Shown one piece after another: positions 61,435-64,000 of a stretch of 64,000 nucleotides of DNA. Location of the stretch: contig CAVUWA010000009.1 of the NCBI GenBank assembly GCA_963744995.1, positions 519,719 through 583,718 of the forward strand, in the 5' to 3' direction. The position numbers were made by a program, and so were the translations under genes. This stretch comes from Candidatus Eiseniibacteriota bacterium. GTDB taxonomy: Bacteria > Eisenbacteria > RBG-16-71-46. The first letter of the stretch is position 1. Every line of letters starts with the position of its first letter. The notes beneath the pieces are model-generated. The model searched no databases and was not told where the DNA came from. It saw only the letters and a program-made list of their open reading frames with translations.

Positions 61435-62698
61435 ATGAGCGAGGTAATCGCCTACTCGCGGGACGGCTCGTCCGTCCTTACCGACACCACCCGTCAGACG
61501 TTTTACCGAGGCCGGGAGCAGCTGAGCAACGCGTTCCTGGCCTTCGGCTCGAACCCCGCACGATCGGCCGTCACGCCAAGATCCGCATACAGGGCGACCT
61601 GCCGCGAGCGCTCGACCACTGGTTTCACGAGGCCGCGCTGAGTTCATCAAGGGTGATCAGTGGGACCGATATGTGACCTCTTGCGCCGCGCCGCCACTCA
61701 CGCCTGCGGAAGCAGACGACCGCATGATGGCGACAACCGCCCGCGCGCTAGTCGTGCAGGGACGGACGACCGAGGCTCTCGAGGTCATACGGGTCGCGCT
61801 CGAGAAGCCGATCAGCTTGCGACAAGAGATGGCCCTCACGATTTCCTGGGCGTTTGCGGCTGGCCGGTCGGGCGACATTCGGGAGTTCAAGCGGGCTCAG
61901 AAACGGCTTCAGGAACTGGCGGAACTTGATCTTCCAGCAGGTGATTTGAATGCCCGTCTTCTGAAAGCGCGCGTTCGGGTCGAATTGGCCTACGGGAAGT
62001 ACCTTGCCGGGGTCATGGGACGCACGCGCGACACAGATGTTCCCTGGGAAATCAGTCAATGCGAACAACTCTTGAAGGAGGCGCGCCGGCTTCATGCAGG
62101 GTTCAGCCCGCTGGACAAAGCCAGACTCGAGAACGTCAGCGCACTCCTGACAAAGGCTCGCGGCCTGTTCGCGGGCAGCCCCGAGAGGGACACCCTGCTT
62201 GCGGATGCAAAGCACGGTTTCCTGCGCGCGTTCTCCCTGGCTGAATCAGTCGAAGATGTATACGCGATGGGTGCCGCGCTCTATAACATCGGCGAGCTTT
62301 GCTACGCGCGCGATCGACTGGATCGCGATGATGCCTCGGAAGACGACGCATCGGAGGCCCTGACATGGTTCCGCCAGAGTGTTCAACTAGCAAACCGCCT
62401 GGGCATCACTCGTGACCTCTATCTTGATCATGCCAGGTTGGCCGACGTCCTCTCGACCGTTGCATCGGCGCGCGTACGCAGCGGCGTGCTCGATGGTGTC
62501 GCGGAATTGCTGTCGGAGTGTGAACAGTTGTTGGAGATTGTGCGCACAAGGGGTAACCGTCTGGAGCGCAAGTTGGGCAGACGGGCGGCTGTCCGCCTGC
62601 AGAGAACGTCCCTGGCGCTGGTCAGTCTGACCTCGGCGTCCTCGAAGCCTCGAGCGCAACGGAGTGCCAGTGGCGGCACCTTGAAACGCACGAAATGA
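61435..62698 (+). CDS. TPR-like helical protein; 5' part uncertain (probably frameshifted between 61435 and ~61700)
   Basis: 341-aa open frame 61673-62698 with TPR-like 'AFSLAESVEDVYAMGAALYNIGELCY'; upstream short frames appear to continue it. Confidence 0.55.
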
Positions 62699-63673
62699 CC
62701 TCAGCGAAGCGAAAGTTGCGTCGGCCACTGCAGCCGCCCTATCCCGATGACGGTATTCGCAGTGGCGCACAGGATGCCGGGGCGCCAGCGATAGCCGGCA
62801 GTTCCAAGCCGCCCAACTGGTGCGGACCGCAGAAGCTCTTCGGCGTGGCGGCCAGTTTCAAGACGCGCAGGCGAGCTTTCGGCGTGCTCTATCCGGGGCC
62901 CACGGCCGTGTGGGTGCTGACGTCATGTGCTGGGCTCTCTGGGGCCAGGCGACCAGCCTCAGAAACCGCGGGCAGTATGACGAGAGCGAGAGGCTCTACA
63001 TCTCCACCATGGCCACGGCGCGCACTGCCCGTGTTGCGCTGTGTGAGCGCTGGTGCCTTGCGGGGCTGGCCGAGATTGACCGCATGCGCGGTCGCCTCCA
63101 TCCGTGCTTCACGCCCATGAGGAGCTCGCCTCGCTCTTTCGTCGTGAGAACGACTCGCGTGGCTTGGGATGGGCGCTTCAGGTCTTGCCCAGGTCCACCT
63201 GAACCTGGGGCGCACCCGCGATGCAGGACGTTTGTTCGACGAGGCCGAGGGCGTCGCGACCGGAATCAGCGACCGCATCAGTACCGCCTACGCGATCCGC
63301 GGAAAGGCCGAAGTCGCGCTTCGAAACGAGGACTTGCCGAAAGCCAGGTTGCTCGCCGGGGCCGCAAGGACTGCATTCGAGAGAGTGCCGTATCAGGTCG
63401 GCATAGCATATGCAGCGCGGACACAAAGCCACGCAGCGCTTGCAGAGCGACAGTTTGCAGCCGCTGCGGCGTTTGCGACAGGCGCAGGAGATCTTCGTCC
63501 GACTAGGGAAACCTCGAGGGTTGGCCTATATGGCCCAGACCTTCGACGCCATTGCGGGCCTACGTGGCCAGCTCGGACGGCGGTGGCTCCTCCTGTCCCG
63601 AAGCCTCAGGGAGGGCCGTCTTGGAATCTGGCTCGCTTCCCTGCCTGCTGATTCTCTTTCTCCAACTCGATGA
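62695..63673 (+). CDS. TPR (MalT/GPR-like long repeat) protein broken by at least three frameshifts
   Basis: ATGA overlap; consecutive frames give 'WALWGQATSLRNRGQYDES', 'GLAQVHLNLGRTRDA', 'AYAIRGKAEV', 'PRGLAYMAQ'. Confidence 0.65.
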
Positions 63674-64000
63674 CGGCGTGGAGCCTATGATCGCTATCCC
63701 ACGCGAAGGCCCGAAAGTACCGCAGCAGAGCGCTCGCTGGCTTCGTTGGGCGCAGCGATGTCCAGGCACTCCTCCAGATGGAAAACACGAGGATGAGTCC
63801 CGCTCGTGCGCTGGAGGTTCCGCCAGCCCCGCCCCCGGCCAGGGCCGCGCTTCCACCGGAGGCGCGGGGCCTCGGCTGGCTCGAATCCCTTTTGGCGAGT
63901 CGCATGCGGGGCACCATGGAGAAGATCACACCGAGGTTCATCGAGAAGAGCCCACGGGATCTGAGTAGAGCGCCCCAGAGTAGATCGACTAGCTTCAGGG
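63606..64000 (-). CDS. Possible 3' end of an unidentified gene entering from the right edge
   Basis: The frame of track ORF 63606-63941 stays open to the window edge (LKLVDLLWGALLRSRGLFSMN...); no recognisable motif. Confidence 0.3.
   Translation of the reverse strand, partial: LKLVDLLWGALLRSRGLFSMNLGVIFSMVPRMRLAKRDSSQPRPRASGGSAALAGGGAGGTSSARAGLILVFSIWRSAWTSLRPTKPASALLRYFRAFAWDSDHRLHAVIELEKENQQAGKRARFQDGPP

Overview
This is a high-GC bacterial window. Many secreted proteins ending in FlgD/T9SS-like Ig domains, a C-terminal 'SWGRLKELYR' motif and an expanded Hanks-type kinase family suggest an Eisenbacteria-like FCB-associated candidate lineage (inference). Positions 1 to ~47.8 kb are chromosomal accessory genes: secreted glycan-related and beta-propeller proteins, M28 peptidase, ferritin, PuuE-like deacetylase, cytochromes c, TrmO and NhaA. 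This part also holds five intact and two decayed Ser/Thr kinase genes with apparently leaderless promoters, a MITE, and a fluoride riboswitch in front of a dynamin-like GTPase. At ~48.6 kb a sixth kinase is fused in frame to a tyrosine recombinase, marking the start of a mobile region with nested IS110, IS21 and ISNCY-like elements. The main finding is a tightly packed, largely translationally coupled minus-strand operon (61195 to 53876): small non-ubiquitin-fold peptide ending FGAA, E2-like, JAB/MPN protease, ThiF/E1-like, SH3 membrane protein, M23 peptidase, membrane protein, VirD4/HerA-like ATPase, Cys-rich protein, replication-relaxation protein, excisionase-like HTH. This looks like a ubiquitination-like peptide-conjugation cassette built into the transfer operon of an ICE-like element. 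Two divergent TPR genes follow. From ~45 kb onward many genes carry single-base indels (sequencing error or decay), so those gene models are manual reconstructions.
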